NCBI GenBank assembly: GCA_032718475.1 | Contig: JAUCBJ010002945.1 | Coordinates: 2,454-66,453, forward strand | Source of the DNA: Nemertoderma westbladi | Lineage: Eukaryota; Animalia; Xenacoelomorpha | Reading direction: 5' to 3' | Length of the DNA: 64,000 nucleotides | Part shown: one piece after another, positions 11,412-26,540 of the stretch | Layout of the letters: each line of letters opens with the position of its first letter | Position numbering within the stretch: position 1 is the stretch's first letter | Made by a program: the position numbers and the translations under genes | The notes under the pieces: generated by a model | The model's input: the letters and a program-made list of their open reading frames with translations, nothing else | The model's database searches: none | Told to the model about the DNA's origin: nothing

Positions 11412-14400
11412 GGTCAATCTAGCCTGCATTTAGACTGGATTATTTGATCAACCACGTTAGATATTGGGTGGGTCAATCGAGCCTTCACTTAGACGGGATT
11501 ATTTGATCAACCACGTTAGATATTGGGTGGGTCAATCTAGCCTGCATTTAGACTGGATTATTTGATCAACCACGTTAGGTATTGAGTGGGTCAATCGAGC
11601 CTTCACTTAGACGGGATTATTTGATCAACCACGTTAGATATTGGGTGGGTCAATCTAGCCTGCATTTAGACTGGATTATTTGATCAACCACGTTAGGTAT
11701 TGAGTGGGTCAATCGAGCCTTCACTTAGACAGGATTATTTGATCAACCACGTTAGATATTGGGTGGGTCAATCTAGCCTGCATTTAGACTGGATTATTTA
11801 ATCAACCACGTTAGATATTGAGTGGGTCAATCTAGCCCGCATTTAGATGGGATTATTTGATCAACCACGTTAGATATTGAGTGGGTCAATCGAGCCTTCA
11901 CTTAGACGGGATTATTTGATCAACCACGTTAGATATTGGGTGGGTCAATCTAGCCTGCATTTAGACTGGATTATTTGATCAACCACGTTAGGTATTGAGT
12001 GGGTCAATCTAGCCTGCATTTAGACAGGATTATTTGATCAACCACGTTAGATATTGGGTGGGTCAATCTAGCCTGCATTTAGACAGGATTATTTGATCAA
12101 CCACGTTAGATATTGAGTGGGTCAATCGAGCCTTCACTTAGACGGGATTATTTGATCAACCACGTTAGATATTGAGTGGGTCAATCTAGCCTGCATTTAG
12201 ACAGGATTATTTGATCAACCACGTTAGATATTGGGTGGGTCAATCTAGCCTGCATTTAGACAGGATTATTTGATCAACCACGTTAGATATTGGGTGGGTC
12301 AATCTAGCCTGCATTTAGACAGGATTATTTGATCAACCACGTTAGATATTGGGTGGGTCAATCTAGCCTTCATTTAGACGGGATTATTTGATCAACCACG
12401 TTAGATATTGGGTGGGTCAATCTAGCCTTCATTTAGACGGGATTATTTGATCAACCACGTTAGATATTGAGTGGGTCAATCTAGCCTGCATTTAGACTGG
12501 ATTATTTGATCAACCACGTTAGATATTGGGTGGGTCAATCTAGCCTGCATTTAGACTGGATTATTTGATCAACCACGTTAGATATTGGGTGGGTCAATCG
12601 AGCCTTCACTTAGACGGGATTATTTGATCAACCACGTTAGATATTGAGTGGGTCAATCTAGCCTGCATTTAGACAGGATTATTTGATCAACCACGTTAGA
12701 TATTGGGTGGGTCAATCTAGCCTGCATTTAGACGGGATTATTTGATCAACCACGTTAGATATTGGGTGGTTCAATCTAGCCTGCATTTAGACAGGATTAT
12801 TTGATCAACCACGTTAGGTATTGAGTGGGTCAATCTAGCCTGCATTTAGACTGGATTATTTGATCAACCACGTTAGATATTGGGTGGGTCAATCTAGCCT
12901 GCATTTAGACTGGATTATTTGATCAACCACGTTAGATATTGGGTGGGTCAATCTAGCCCGCATTTAGACGGGATTATTTGATCAACCACGTTAGATATTG
13001 GGTGGGTCAATCGAGCCTTCACTTAGACGGGATTATTTGATCAACCACGTTAGATATTGGGTGGTTCAATCTAGCCTGCATTTAGACAGGATTATTTGAT
13101 CAACCACGTTAGGTATTGAGTGGGTCAATCTAGCCTGCATTTAGACTGGATTATTTGATCAACCACGTTAGATATTGGGTGGGTCAATCGAGCCTTCACT
13201 TAGACGGGATTATTTGATCAACCACGTTAGATATTGGGTGGTTCAATCTAGCCTGCATTTAGACAGGATTATTTGATCAACCACGTTAGATATTGAGTGG
13301 GTCAATCGAGCCTTCACTTAGACGGGATTATTTGATCAACCACGTTAGATATTGGGTGGGTCAATCTAGCCTGCATTTAGACAGGATTATTTGATCAACC
13401 ACGTTAGATATTGAGTGGGTCAATCGAGCCTTCACTTAGACAGGATTATTTGATCAACCACGTTAGGTATTGAGTGGGTCAATCTAGCCTGCATTTAGAC
13501 AGGATTATTTGATCAACCACGTTAGATATTGGGTGGGTCAATCTAGCCTGCATTTAGACTGGATTATTTGATCAACCACGTTAGATATTGGGTGGGTCAA
13601 TCTAGCCTGCATTTAGACTGGATTATTTGATCAACCACGTTAGATATTGGGTGGTTCAATCTAGCCTGCATTTAGACTGGATTATTTGATCAACCACGTT
13701 AGGTATTGAGTGGGTCAATCGAGCCTGCATTTAGACAGGATTATTTGATCAACCACGTTAGGTATTGAGTGGGTCAATCTAGCCTGCATTTAGACTGGAT
13801 TATTTGATCAACCACGTTAGATATTGGGTGGTTCAATCTAGCCTGCATTTAGACTGGATTATTTGATCAACCACGTTAGATATTGAGTGGGTCAATCTAG
13901 CCCGCATTTAGACAGGATTATTTGATCAACCACGTTAGGTATTGAGTGGGTCAATCTAGCCTGCATTTAGACTGGATTATTTGATCAACCACGTTAGATA
14001 TTGAGTGGGTCAATCGAGCCTTCACTTAGACAGGATTATTTGATCAACCACGTTAGATATTGGGTGGTTCAATCTAGCCTGCATTTAGACAGGATTATTT
14101 GATCAACCACGTTAGATATTGGGTGGTTCAATCTAGCCTGCATTTAGACTGGATTATTTGATCAACCACGTTAGATATTGAGTGGGTCAATCGAGCCTTC
14201 ACTTAGACAGGATTATTTGATCAACCACGTTAGATATTGGGTGGTTCAATCTAGCCTGCATTTAGACAGGATTATTTGATCAACCACGTTAGATATTGGG
14301 TGGTTCAATCTAGCCTGCATTTAGACAGGATTATTTGATCAACCACGTTAGATATTGGGTGGTTCAAACTAGCCTGCATTTAGACTGGATTATTTGATCA

Positions 14401-17400
14401 ACCACGTTAGATATTGAGTGGGTCAATCGAGCCTTCACTTAGACAGGATTATTTGATCAACCACGTTAGATATTGGGTGGTTCAATCTAGCCTGCATTTA
14501 GACAGGATTATTTGATCAACCACGTTAGATATTGGGTGGTTCAATCTAGCCTGCATTTAGACTGGATTATTTGATCAACCACGTTAGATATTGGGTGGTT
14601 CAATCTAGCCTGCATTTAGACAGGATTATTTGATCAACCACGTTAGATATTGGGTGGTTCAATCTAGCCTGCATTTAGACTGGATTATTTGATCAACCAC
14701 GTTAGATATTGGGTGGTTCAATCTAGCCTTCACTTAGACTGGATTATTTGATCAACCACGTTAGATATTGGGTGGTTCAATCTAGCCTGCATTTAGACTG
14801 GATTATTTGATCAACCACGTTAGATATTGGGTGGGTCAATCTAGCCCGCATTTAGACAGGATTATTTGATCAACCACGTTAGATATTGGGTGGGTCAATC
14901 TAGCCCGCATTTAGACAGGATTATTTGATCAACCACGTTAGATATTGGGTGGGTCAATCTAGCCTGCATTTAAACTGGATTATTTGATCAACCACGTTAG
15001 GTATTGAGTGGGTCAATCTAGCCTGCATTTAGACTGGATTATTTGATCAACCACGTTAGATATTGGGTGGGTCAATCTAGCCTGCATTTAGACTGGATTA
15101 TTTGATCAACCACGTTAGATATTGGGTGGGTCAATCTAGCCCGCATTTAGACAGGATTATTTGATCAACCACGTTAGATATTGAGTGGGTCAATCTAGCC
15201 TGCATTTAGACAGGATTATTTGATCAACCACGTTAGGTATTGAGTGGGTCAATCTAGCCCGCATTTAGACAGGATTATTTGATCAACCACGTTAGATATT
15301 GGGTGGGTCAATCTAGCCTGCATTTAGACTGGATTATTTGATCAACCACGTTAGATATTGGGTGGTTCAATCTAGCCTGCATTTAGACTGGATTATTTGA
15401 TCAACCACGTTAGATATTGAGTGGGTCAATCTAGCCCGCATTTAGACAGGATTATTTGATCAACCACGTTAGATATTGGGTGGGTCAATCTAGCCTGCAT
15501 TTAGACTGGATTATTTGATCAACCACGTTAGATATTGGGTGGGTCAATCTAGCCTGTATTTAGACTGGATTATTTGATCAACCACGTTAGGTATTGGGTG
15601 GGTCAATCTAGCCTGCATTTAGACTGGATTATTTGATCAACCACGTTAGATATTGGGTGGTTCAATCTAGCCTGCATTTAGACTGGATTATTTGATCAAC
15701 CACGTTAGATATTGAGTGGGTCAATCTAGCCCGCATTTAGACAGGATTATTTGATCAACCACGTTAGATATTGGGTGGGTCAATCTAGCCCGCATTTAGA
15801 CAGGATTATTTGATCAACCACGTTAGATATTGAGTGGGTCAATCTAGCCTGCATTTAGACTGGATTATTTGATCAACCACGTTAGATATTGGGTGGTTCA
15901 ATCTAGCCTGCATTTAGACTGGATTATTTGATCAACCACGTTAGGTATTGAGTGGGTCAATCTAGCCTGCATTTAGACTGGATTATTTGATCAACCACGT
16001 TAGATATTGGGTGGGTCAATCTAGCCCGCATTTAGACAGGATTATTTGATCAACCACGTTAGGTATTGAGTGGGTCAATCTAGCCTGCATTTAGACTGGA
16101 TTATTTGATCAACCACGTTAGATATTGGGTGGTTCAATCTAGCCTGCATTTAGACTGGATTATTTGATCAACCACGTTAGGTATTGAGTGGGTCAATCTA
16201 GCCTGCATTTAGACTGGATTATTTGATCAACCACGTTAGGTATTGAGTGGGTCAATCGAGCCTTCACTTAGACAGGATTATTTGATCAACCACGTTAGGT
16301 ATTGAGTGGGTCAATCTAGCCTGCACTTAGACGGGATTAATTGATCAATCACGTTAGATATTGGGTGGGTCAATCTAGGCTGCATTTAGACAGGATTATT
16401 TGATCAACCACGTTAGATATTGGGTGGTTCAATCTAGGCTGCATTTAGACAGGATTATTTGATCAACCACGTTAGATATTGGGTGGGTCAATCTAGCCTG
16501 CACTTAGACGGGATTAATTGATCAATCACGTTAGATATTGGGTGGGTCAATCTAGGCTGCATTTAGACAGGATTATTTGATCAACCACGTTAGATATTGA
16601 GTGGGTCAATCGAGCCTTCACTTAGACTGGATTATTTGATCAACCACGTTAGATATTGGGTGGGTCAATCTAGCCTGCATTTAGACTGGATTATTTGATC
16701 AACCACGTTAGGTATTGGGTGGGTCAATCGAGCCTGCATTTAGACTGGATTATTTGATCAACCACGTTAGGTATTGAGTGGGTCAATCTAGCCTGCATTT
16801 AGACAGGATTATTTGATCAACCACGTTAGATATTGGGTGGGTCAATCTAGCCTGCATTTAGACATGATTATTTGATCAACCACGTTAGATATTGGGTGGG
16901 TCAATCTAGCCTGCATTTAGACTGGATTATTTGATCAACCACGTTAGATATTGGGTGGGTCAATCTAGCCTGCATTTAGACATGATTATTTGATCAACCA
17001 CGTTAGATATTGGGTGGGTCAATCTAGCCTGCATTTAGACGGGATTATTTGATCAACCACGTTAGATATTGGGTGGGTCAATCTAGCCTGCATTTATACA
17101 GGATTATTTGATCAACCACGTTAGATATTGGGTGGGTCAATCTAGCCTGCATTTAGACTGGATTATTTGATCAACCACGTTAGATATTGGGTGGGTCAAT
17201 CTAGCCTGCATTTAGACGGGATTATTTGATCAACCACGTTAGATATTGGGTGGTTCAATCTAGCCTGCATTTAGACAGGATTATTTGATCAACCACGTTA
17301 GGTATTGAGTGGGTCAATCTAGCCTGCATTTAGACTGGATTATTTGATCAACCACGTTAGATATTGAGTGGGTCAATCGAGCCTTCACTTAGACAGGATT

Positions 17401-20400
17401 ATTTGATCAACCACGTTAGATATTGGGTGGTTCAATCTAGCCTGCATTTAGACAGGATTATTTGATCAACCACGTTAGATATTGGGTGGTTCAATCTAGC
17501 CTGCACTTAGACGGGATTATTTGATCAACCACGTTAGATATTGGGTGGGTCAATCTAGCCCGCATTTAGACAGGATTATTTGATCAACCACGTTAGGTAT
17601 TGAGTGGGTCAATCTAGCCTGCATTTAGACAGGATTATTTGATCAACCACGTTAGATATTGGGTGGTTCAATCTAGCCTGCATTTAGACTGGATTATTTG
17701 ATCAACCACGTTAGATATTGAGTGGGTCAATCGAGCCTTCACTTAGACAGGATTATTTGATCAACCACGTTAGATATTGGGTGGTTCAATCTAGCCTGCA
17801 TTTAGACAGGATTATTTGATCAACCACGTTAGATATTGGGTGGTTCAATCTAGCCTGCATTTAGACTGGATTATTTGATCAACCACGTTAGATATTGGGT
17901 GGTTCAATCTAGCCTGCATTTAGACAGGATTATTTGATCAACCACGTTAGATATTGGGTGGTTCAATCTAGCCTGCATTTAGACAGGATTATTTGATCAA
18001 CCACGTTAGATATTGGGTGGGTCAATCTAGCCCGCATTTAGACAGGATTATTTGATCAACCACGTTAGATATTGGGTGGTTCAATCTAGCCTGCATTTAG
18101 ACTGGATTATTTGATCAACCACGTTAGATATTGGGTGGTTCAATCTAGCCTTCACTTAGACTGGATTATTTGATCAACCACGTTAGATATTGGGTGGTTC
18201 AATCTAGCCTGCATTTAGACTGGATTATTTGATCAACCACGTTAGATATTGGGTGGGTCAATCTAGCCCGCATTTAGACAGGATTATTTGATCAACCACG
18301 TTAGGTATTGAGTGGGTCAATCTAGCCTGCATTTAGACTGGATTATTTGATCAACCACGTTAGATATTGGGTGGTTCAATCTAGCCTGCATTTAGACTGG
18401 ATTATTTGATCAACCACGTTAGATATTGAGTGGGTCAATCTAGCCCGCATTTAGACAGGATTATTTGATCAACCACGTTAGGTATTGAGTGGGTCAATCT
18501 AGCCTGCATTTAGACTGGATTATTTGATCAACCACGTTAGATATTGGGTGGTTCAATCTAGCCTGCATTTAGACTGGATTATTTGATCAACCACGTTAGG
18601 TATTGAGTGGGTCAATCTAGCCTGCATTTAGACTGGATTATTTGATCAACCACGTTAGATATTGGGTGGGTCAATCTAGCCCGCATTTAGACAGGATTAT
18701 TTGATCAACCACGTTAGGTATTGAGTGGGTCAATCTAGCCTGCATTTAGACTGGATTATTTGATCAACCACGTTAGATATTGGGTGGTTCAATCTAGCCT
18801 GCATTTAGACTGGATTATTTGATCAACCACGTTAGGTATTGAGTGGGTCAATCTAGCCTGCATTTAGACTGGATTATTTGATCAACCACGTTAGGTATTG
18901 AGTGGGTCAATCGAGCCTTCACTTAGACAGGATTATTTGATCAACCACGTTAGGTATTGAGTGGGTCAATCTAGCCTGCACTTAGACGGGATTAATTGAT
19001 CAATCACGTTAGATATTGGGTGGGTCAATCTAGGCTGCATTTAGACAGGATTATTTGATCAACCACGTTAGATATTGGGTGGTTCAATCTAGGCTGCATT
19101 TAGACAGGATTATTTGATCAACCACGTTAGATATTGGGTGGGTCAATCTAGCCTGCACATAGACGGGATTAATTGATCAATCACGTTAGATATTGGGTGG
19201 GTCAATCTAGGCTGCATTTAGACAGGATTATTTGATCAACCACGTTAGATATTGAGTGGGTCAATCGAGCCTTCACTTAGACAGGATTATTTGATCAACC
19301 ACGTTAGATATTGGGTGGGTCAATCTAGCCTGCATTTAGACAGGATTATTTAATCAACCACGTTAGATATTGAGTGGGTCAATCTAGCCTGCACTTAGAC
19401 GGGATTAATTGATCAATCACGTTAGATATTGGGTGGGTCAATCTAGGCTGCATTTAGACAGGATTATTTGATCAACCACGTTAGATATTGGGTGGTTCAA
19501 TCTAGGCTGCATTTAGACAGGATTATTTGATCAACCACGTTAGATATTGGGTGGGTCAATCTAGCCTGCACATAGACGGGATTAATTGATCAATCACGTT
19601 AGATATTGGGTGGGTCAATCTAGGCTGCATTTAGACAGGATTATTTGATCAACCACGTTAGATATTGGGTGGGTCAATCTAGCCTGCACATAGACGGGAT
19701 TAATTGATCAATCACGTTAGATATTGGGTGGGTCAATCTAGGCTGCATTTAGACAGGATTATTTGATCAACCACGTTAGATATTGAGTGGGTCAATCGAG
19801 CCTTCACTTAGACAGGATTATTTGATCAACCACGTTAGATATTGGGTGGGTCAATCTAGCCTGCATTTAGACAGGATTATTTAATCAACCACGTTAGATA
19901 TTGAGTGGGTCAATCTAGCCTGCACTTAGACGGGATTAATTGATCAATCACGTTAGATATTGGGTGGGTCAATCTAGGCTGCATTTAGACAGGATTATTT
20001 GATCAACCACGTTAGATATTGAGTGGGTCAATCGAGCCTTCACTTAGACAGGATTATTTGATCAACCACGTTAGATATTGGGTGGGTCAATCTAGCCTGC
20101 ATTTAGACAGGATTATTTAATCAACCACGTTAGATATTGGGTGGGTCAATCTAGCCTGCACATAGACGGGATTAATTGATCAATCACGTTAGATATTGGG
20201 TGGGTCAATCTAGGCTGCATTTAGACAGGATTATTTGATCAACCACGTTAGATATTGAGTGGGTCAATCGAGCCTTCACTTAGACAGGATTATTTGATCA
20301 ACCACGTTAGATATTGGGTGGGTCAATCTAGCCTGCATTTAGACAGGATTATTTGATCAACCACGTTAGATATTGAGTGGGTCAATCTAGCCTGCATTTA

Positions 20401-23400
20401 GACTGGATTATTTGATCAACCACGTTAGGTATTGGGTGGGTCAATCTAGCCTGCATTTAGACTGGATTATTTGATCAACCACGTTAGGTATTGGGTGGGT
20501 CAATCTAGCCTGCATTTAGACAGGATTATTTGATCAACCACGTTAGATATTGGGTGGGTCAATCGAGCCTGCATTTAGACTGGATTATTTGATCAACCAC
20601 GTTAGGTATTGAGTGGGTCAATCTAGCCTGCATTTAGATGGGATTATTTGATCAACCACGTTAGATATTGGGTGGGTCAATCTAGCCTGCATTTAGACTG
20701 GATTATTTGATCAACCACGTTAGATATTGAGTGGGTCAATCGAGCCTTCACTTAGACAGGATTATTTGATCAACCACGTTAGGTATTGAGTGGGTCAATC
20801 TAGCCTGCACTTAGACTGGATTATTTGATCAACCACGTTACATATTGAGTGGGTCAATCTAGGCTGCATTTAGACAGGATTATTTGATCAACCACGTTAG
20901 ATATTGGGTGGTTCAATCTAGCCTGCATTTAGACAGGATTATTTGATCAACCACGTTAGATATTGGGTGGGTCAATCTAGCCTGCACTTAGACGGGATTA
21001 ATTGATCAATCACGTTAGATATTGGGTGGGTCAATCTAGGCTGCATTTAGACAGGATTATTTGATCAACCACGTTAGATATTGAGTGGGTCAATCGAGCC
21101 TTCACTTAGACGGGATTATTTGATCAACCACGTTAGATATTGGGTGGGTCAATCTAGCCTGCATTTAGACAGGATTATTTGATCAACCACGTTAGATATT
21201 GGGTGGGTCAATCTAGCCTGCATTTAGATAGGATTATTTGATCAACCACGTTAGATATTGAGTGGGTCAATCGAGCCTTCACTTAGACAGGATTATTTAA
21301 TCAACCACGTTAGATATTGAGTGGGTCAATCTAGCCTGCATTTAGACTGGATTATTTGATCAACCACGTTAGATATTGAGTGGGTCAATCTAGCCTGCAT
21401 TTAGACTGGATTATTTGATCAACCACGTTAGATATTGAGTGGGTCAATCGAGCCTTCACTTAGACAGGATTATTTGATCAACCACGTTAGGTATTGAGTG
21501 GGTCAATCTAGCCTGCACTTAGACGGGATTAATTGATCAATCACGTTAGATATTGGGTGGGTCAATCTAGGCTGCATTTAGACAGGATTATTTGATCAAC
21601 CACGTTAGATATTGAGTGGGTCAATCGAGCCTTCACTTAGACAGGATTATTTGATCAACCACGTTAGATATTGGGTGGTTCAATCTAGCCTGCATTTAGA
21701 CAGGATTATTTGATCAACCACGTTAGATATTGGGTGGGTCAATCTAGCCTGCACTTAGACGGGATTAATTGATCAATCACGTTAGATATTGGGTGGGTCA
21801 ATCTAGGCTGCATTTAGACAGGATTATTTGATCAACCACGTTAGATATTGAGTGGGTCAATCGAGCCTTCACTTAGACGGGATTATTTGATCAACCACGT
21901 TAGGTATTGAGTGGGTCAATCTAGCCTGCATTTAGACTGGATTATTTGATCAACCACGTTAGATATTGAGTGGGTCAATCGAGCCTTCACTTAGACAGGA
22001 TTATTTGATCAACCACGTTAGATATTGGGTGGGTCAATCTAGCCTGCATTTAGATAGGATTATTTGATCAACCACGTTAGATATTGAGTGGGTCAATCGA
22101 GCCTTCACTTAGACGGGATTATTTGATCAACCACATTAGATATTGGGTGGGTCAATCTAGCCTGCATTTAGACAGGATTATTTGATCAACCACGTTAGAT
22201 ATTGGGTGGGTCAATCTAGCCTGCATTTAGATAGGATTATTTGATCAACCACGTTAGATATTGAGTGGGTCAATCGAGCCTTCACTTAGACAGGATTATT
22301 TAATCAACCACGTTAGATATTGAGTGGGTCAATCTAGCCTGCATTTAGACTGGATTATTTGATCAACCACGTTAGGTATTGAGTGGGTCAATCGAGCCTG
22401 CATTTAGACTGGATTATTTGATCAACCACGTTAGATATTGGGTGGGTCAATCGAGCCTGCACTTAGACGGGATTATTTGATCAACCACGTTAGGTATTGA
22501 GTGGTTCAATCTAGCCTGCATTTAGACTGGATTATTTGATCAACCACGTTAGGTATTGGGTGGGTCAATCTAGCCTGCATTTAGACGGGATTATTTGATC
22601 AACCACGTTAGATATTGGGTGGGTCAATCTAGCCTGCATTTAGACTGGATTATTTGATCAACCACGTTAGATATTGAGTGGGTCAATCTAGCCTGCATTT
22701 AGACGGGATTATTTGATCAACCACGTTAGGTATTGGGTGGGTCAATCTAGCCTGCATTTAGACTGGATTATTTGATCAACCACGTTAGGTATTGAGTGGG
22801 TCAATCTAGCCTGCATTTAGACAGGATTATTTGATCAACCACGTTAGGTATTGAGTGGGTCAATCGAGCCTTCACTTAGACTGGATTATTTGATCAACCA
22901 CGTTAGATATTGGGTGGTTCAATCTAGCCTGCATTTAGACAGGATTATTTGATCAACCACGTTAGATATTGGGTGGGTCAATCTAGCCTGCATTTAGACT
23001 GGATTATTTGATCAACCACGTTAGATATTGGGTGGGTCAATCTAGCCTGTATTTAGACAGGATTATTTGATCAACCACGTTAGGTATTGGGTGGGTCAAT
23101 CTAGCCTGCATTTAGACTGGATTATTTGATCAACCACGTTAGATATTGGGCGGGTCAATCTAGCCTGTATTTAGACTGGATTATTTGATCAACCACGTTA
23201 GGTATTGGGTGGGTCAATCTAGCCTGCATTTAGACTGGATTATTTGATCAACCACGTTAGATATTGGGTGGGTCAATCTAGCCTGCATTTAGACAGGATT
23301 ATTTGATCAACCACGTTAGGTATTGGGTGGGTCAATCTAGCCTGCATTTAGACTGGATTATTTGATCAACCACGTTAGATATTGGGCGGGTCAATCTAGC

Positions 23401-26116
23401 CTGTATTTAGACTGGATTATTTGATCAACCACGTTAGGTATTGGGTGGGTCAATCTAGCCTGCATTTAGACTGGATTATTTGATCAACCACGTTAGATAT
23501 TGGGTGGGTCAATCTAGCCTGCACTTAGACGGGATTATTTTATCAACCACGTTAGATATTAGGTGGGTCAATCTAGCCTGCATTTAGACAGGATTATTTG
23601 ATCAACCACGTTAGGTATTGGGTGGGTCAATCTAGCCTGCATTTAGACTGGATTATTTGATCAACCACGTTAGATATTGGGTGGGTCAATCTAGCCTGCA
23701 CTTAGACGGGATTATTTTATCAACCACGTTAGATATTAGGTGGGTCAATCTAGCCTGCATTTAGACAGGATTATTTGATCAACCACGTTAGATATTGGGT
23801 GGTTCAATCTAGCCTGCACTTAGACGGGATTATTTTATCAACCACGTTAGATATTAGGTGGGTCAATCTAGCCTGCATTTAGACAGGATTATTTGATCAA
23901 CCACGTTAGATATTGGGTGGTTCAATCTAGCCTGCATTTAGACTGGATTATTTGATCAACCACGTTAGATATTGAGTGGGTCAATCTAGCCTGCACTTAG
24001 ACGGGATTATTTGATCAACCACGTTAGATATTGAGTGGGTCAATCTAGCCTGCACTTAGACGGGATTATTTGATCAACCACGTTAGATATTGAGTGGGTC
24101 AATCTAGCCTGCACTTAGACGGGATTATTTGATCAACCACGTTAGATATTAGGTGGGTCAATCTAGCCTGCATTTAGACTGGATTATTTGATCAACCACG
24201 TTAGATATTGAGTGGGTCAATCTAGCCTGCACTTAGACGGGATTATTTGATCAACCACGTTAGATATTAGGTGGGTCAATCTAGCCTGCATTTAGACTGG
24301 ATTATTTGATCAACCACGTTAGATATTGGGTGGGTCAATCTAGCCTGCACTTAGACGGGATTATTTTATCAACCACGTTAGATATTAGGTGGGTCAATCT
24401 AGCCTGCATTTAGACAGGATTATTTGATCAACCACGTTAGATATTGGGTGGTTCAATCTAGCCTGCATTTAGACTGGATTATTTGATCAACCACGTTAGA
24501 TATTGAGTGGGTCAATCTAGCCTGCACTTAGACGGGATTATTTGATCAACCACGTTAGATATTGAGTGGGTCAATCTAGCCTGCACTTAGACGGGATTAT
24601 TTGATCAACCACGTTAGATATTGGGTGGGTCAATCTAGCCTGCATTTAGACTGGATTATTTGATCAACCACGTTAGATATTAGGTGGGTCAATCTAGCCT
24701 GCATTTAGACTGGATTATTTGATCAACCACGTTAGATATTAGGTGGGTCAATCTAGCCTGCACTTAGACGGGATTATTTGATCAACCACGTTAGGTATTG
24801 AGTGGGTCAATCTAGCCTGCACTTAGACGGGATTATTTTATCAACCACGTTAGATATTAGGTGGGTCAATCTAGCCTGCATTTAGACAGGATTATTTGAT
24901 CAACCACGTTAGGTATTGAGTGGGTCAATCTAGCCTGCATTTAGACTGGATTATTTGATCAACCACGTTAGGTATTGAGTGGGTCAATCTAGCCTGCATT
25001 TAGACTGGATTATTTGATCAACCACGTTAGGTATTGGGTGGGTCAATCTAGCCTGCATTTAGACTGGATTATTTGATCAACCACGTTAGGTATTGGGTGG
25101 GTCAATCTAGCCTGCATTTAGACTGGATTATTTGATCAACCACGTTAGATATTGGGTGGGTCAATCTAGCCGGCATTTAGACTGGATTATTTGATCAACC
25201 ACGTTAGATATTGGGTGGGTCAATCTAGCCTGCATTTAGACTGGATTATTTGATCAACCACGTTAGATATTGGGTGGGTCAATCTAGCCTGCATTTAGAC
25301 TGGATTATTTGATCAACCACGTTAGGTATTGAGTGGGTCAATCGAGCCTGCATTTAGACGGGATTATTTGATCAACCACGTTAGATATTGGGTGGGTCAA
25401 TCTAGCCTGCATTTAGACGGGATTATTTGATCAACCACGTTAGGTATTGAGTGGGTCAATCTAGCCTGCACTTAGACGGGATTATTTTATCAACCACGTT
25501 AGATATTAGGTGGGTCAATCTAGCCTGCATTTAGACAGGATTATTTGATCAACCACGTTAGATATTGGGTGGGTCAATCTAGCCTGCATTTAGACTGGAT
25601 TATTTGATCAACCACGTTAGGTATTGAGTGGGTCAATCGAGCCTGCATTTAGACGGGATTATTTGATCAACCACGTTAGATATTGGGTGGGTCAATCTAG
25701 CCTGCATTTAGACTGGATTATTTGATCAACCACGTTAGGTATTGAGTGGGTCAATCGAGCCTGCATTTAGACGGGATTATTTGATCAACCACGTTAGATA
25801 TTGGGTGGGTCAATCTAGCCTGCATTTAGACTGGATTATTTGATCAATCACGTTAGATTTTGAGTGGGTCAATCTAGCCTGCATTTAGACTGGATTATTT
25901 GATCAACCACGTTAGATATTGAGTGGGTCAATCGAGCCTTCACTTAGACAAGATTATTTGATCAACCACGTTAGATATTGGGTGGGTCAATCGAACCTGC
26001 ATAGACTGGTGTACAGTATTTGGTAGGCCTACTGGTACTGGTGTAGGCCTACAGTATTTGATCAACCACGTTAGATATTTGGTGGGTCAATCGAGCCTGC
26101 ATAGACTGGTGTACAG
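11412..26116. repeat. 59-bp satellite array, ~248 copies, 14.7 kb
   Basis: Unit GGTCAATCTAGCCTGCATTTAGACTGGATTATTTGATCAACCACGTTAGATATTGGGTG with a few recurrent variant sites. Last two units are degenerate. Confidence 0.99.
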
Positions 26117-26540
26117 TTGACCTTTGAACGAGGATCATTATTTTGACCTCTCGTTATTAACCAATACATTTTGGAACTCACTATCAATTCAGTTATAATC
26201 AGTCAGGTCACCTCCATCACTATTCCTCCCAGGTTATATCGTTAACAAGATAATATATTGGCTATTAAAAGTAAAAATATTAGTCGTTTCACAACGATAA
26301 AAATACATTTCTTTTATATTAACTATAGATATCTAAACCATACCATTCGAATAAAATATTATAAAAATATCTTTGTATCAATTTGATGAAACTTATACCC
26401 ACTAAACTACAAATTAAAATATGCCATCAAATTTAAATTATCTTAAAGCTAAATTATTATATTATTAATTGAAGATAATATAATGTCGGCTGGACCGACG
26501 TCACTATGTTAATAATAATATACATAACTATTTACCCTAT

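Noticed and set aside
11412-26116. CRISPR-like array
   Set aside because: Units are head-to-tail with no unique spacers, the context is eukaryotic with spliceosomal introns, and no cas genes are present. The same applies to the 32-, 38- and 63-bp arrays.
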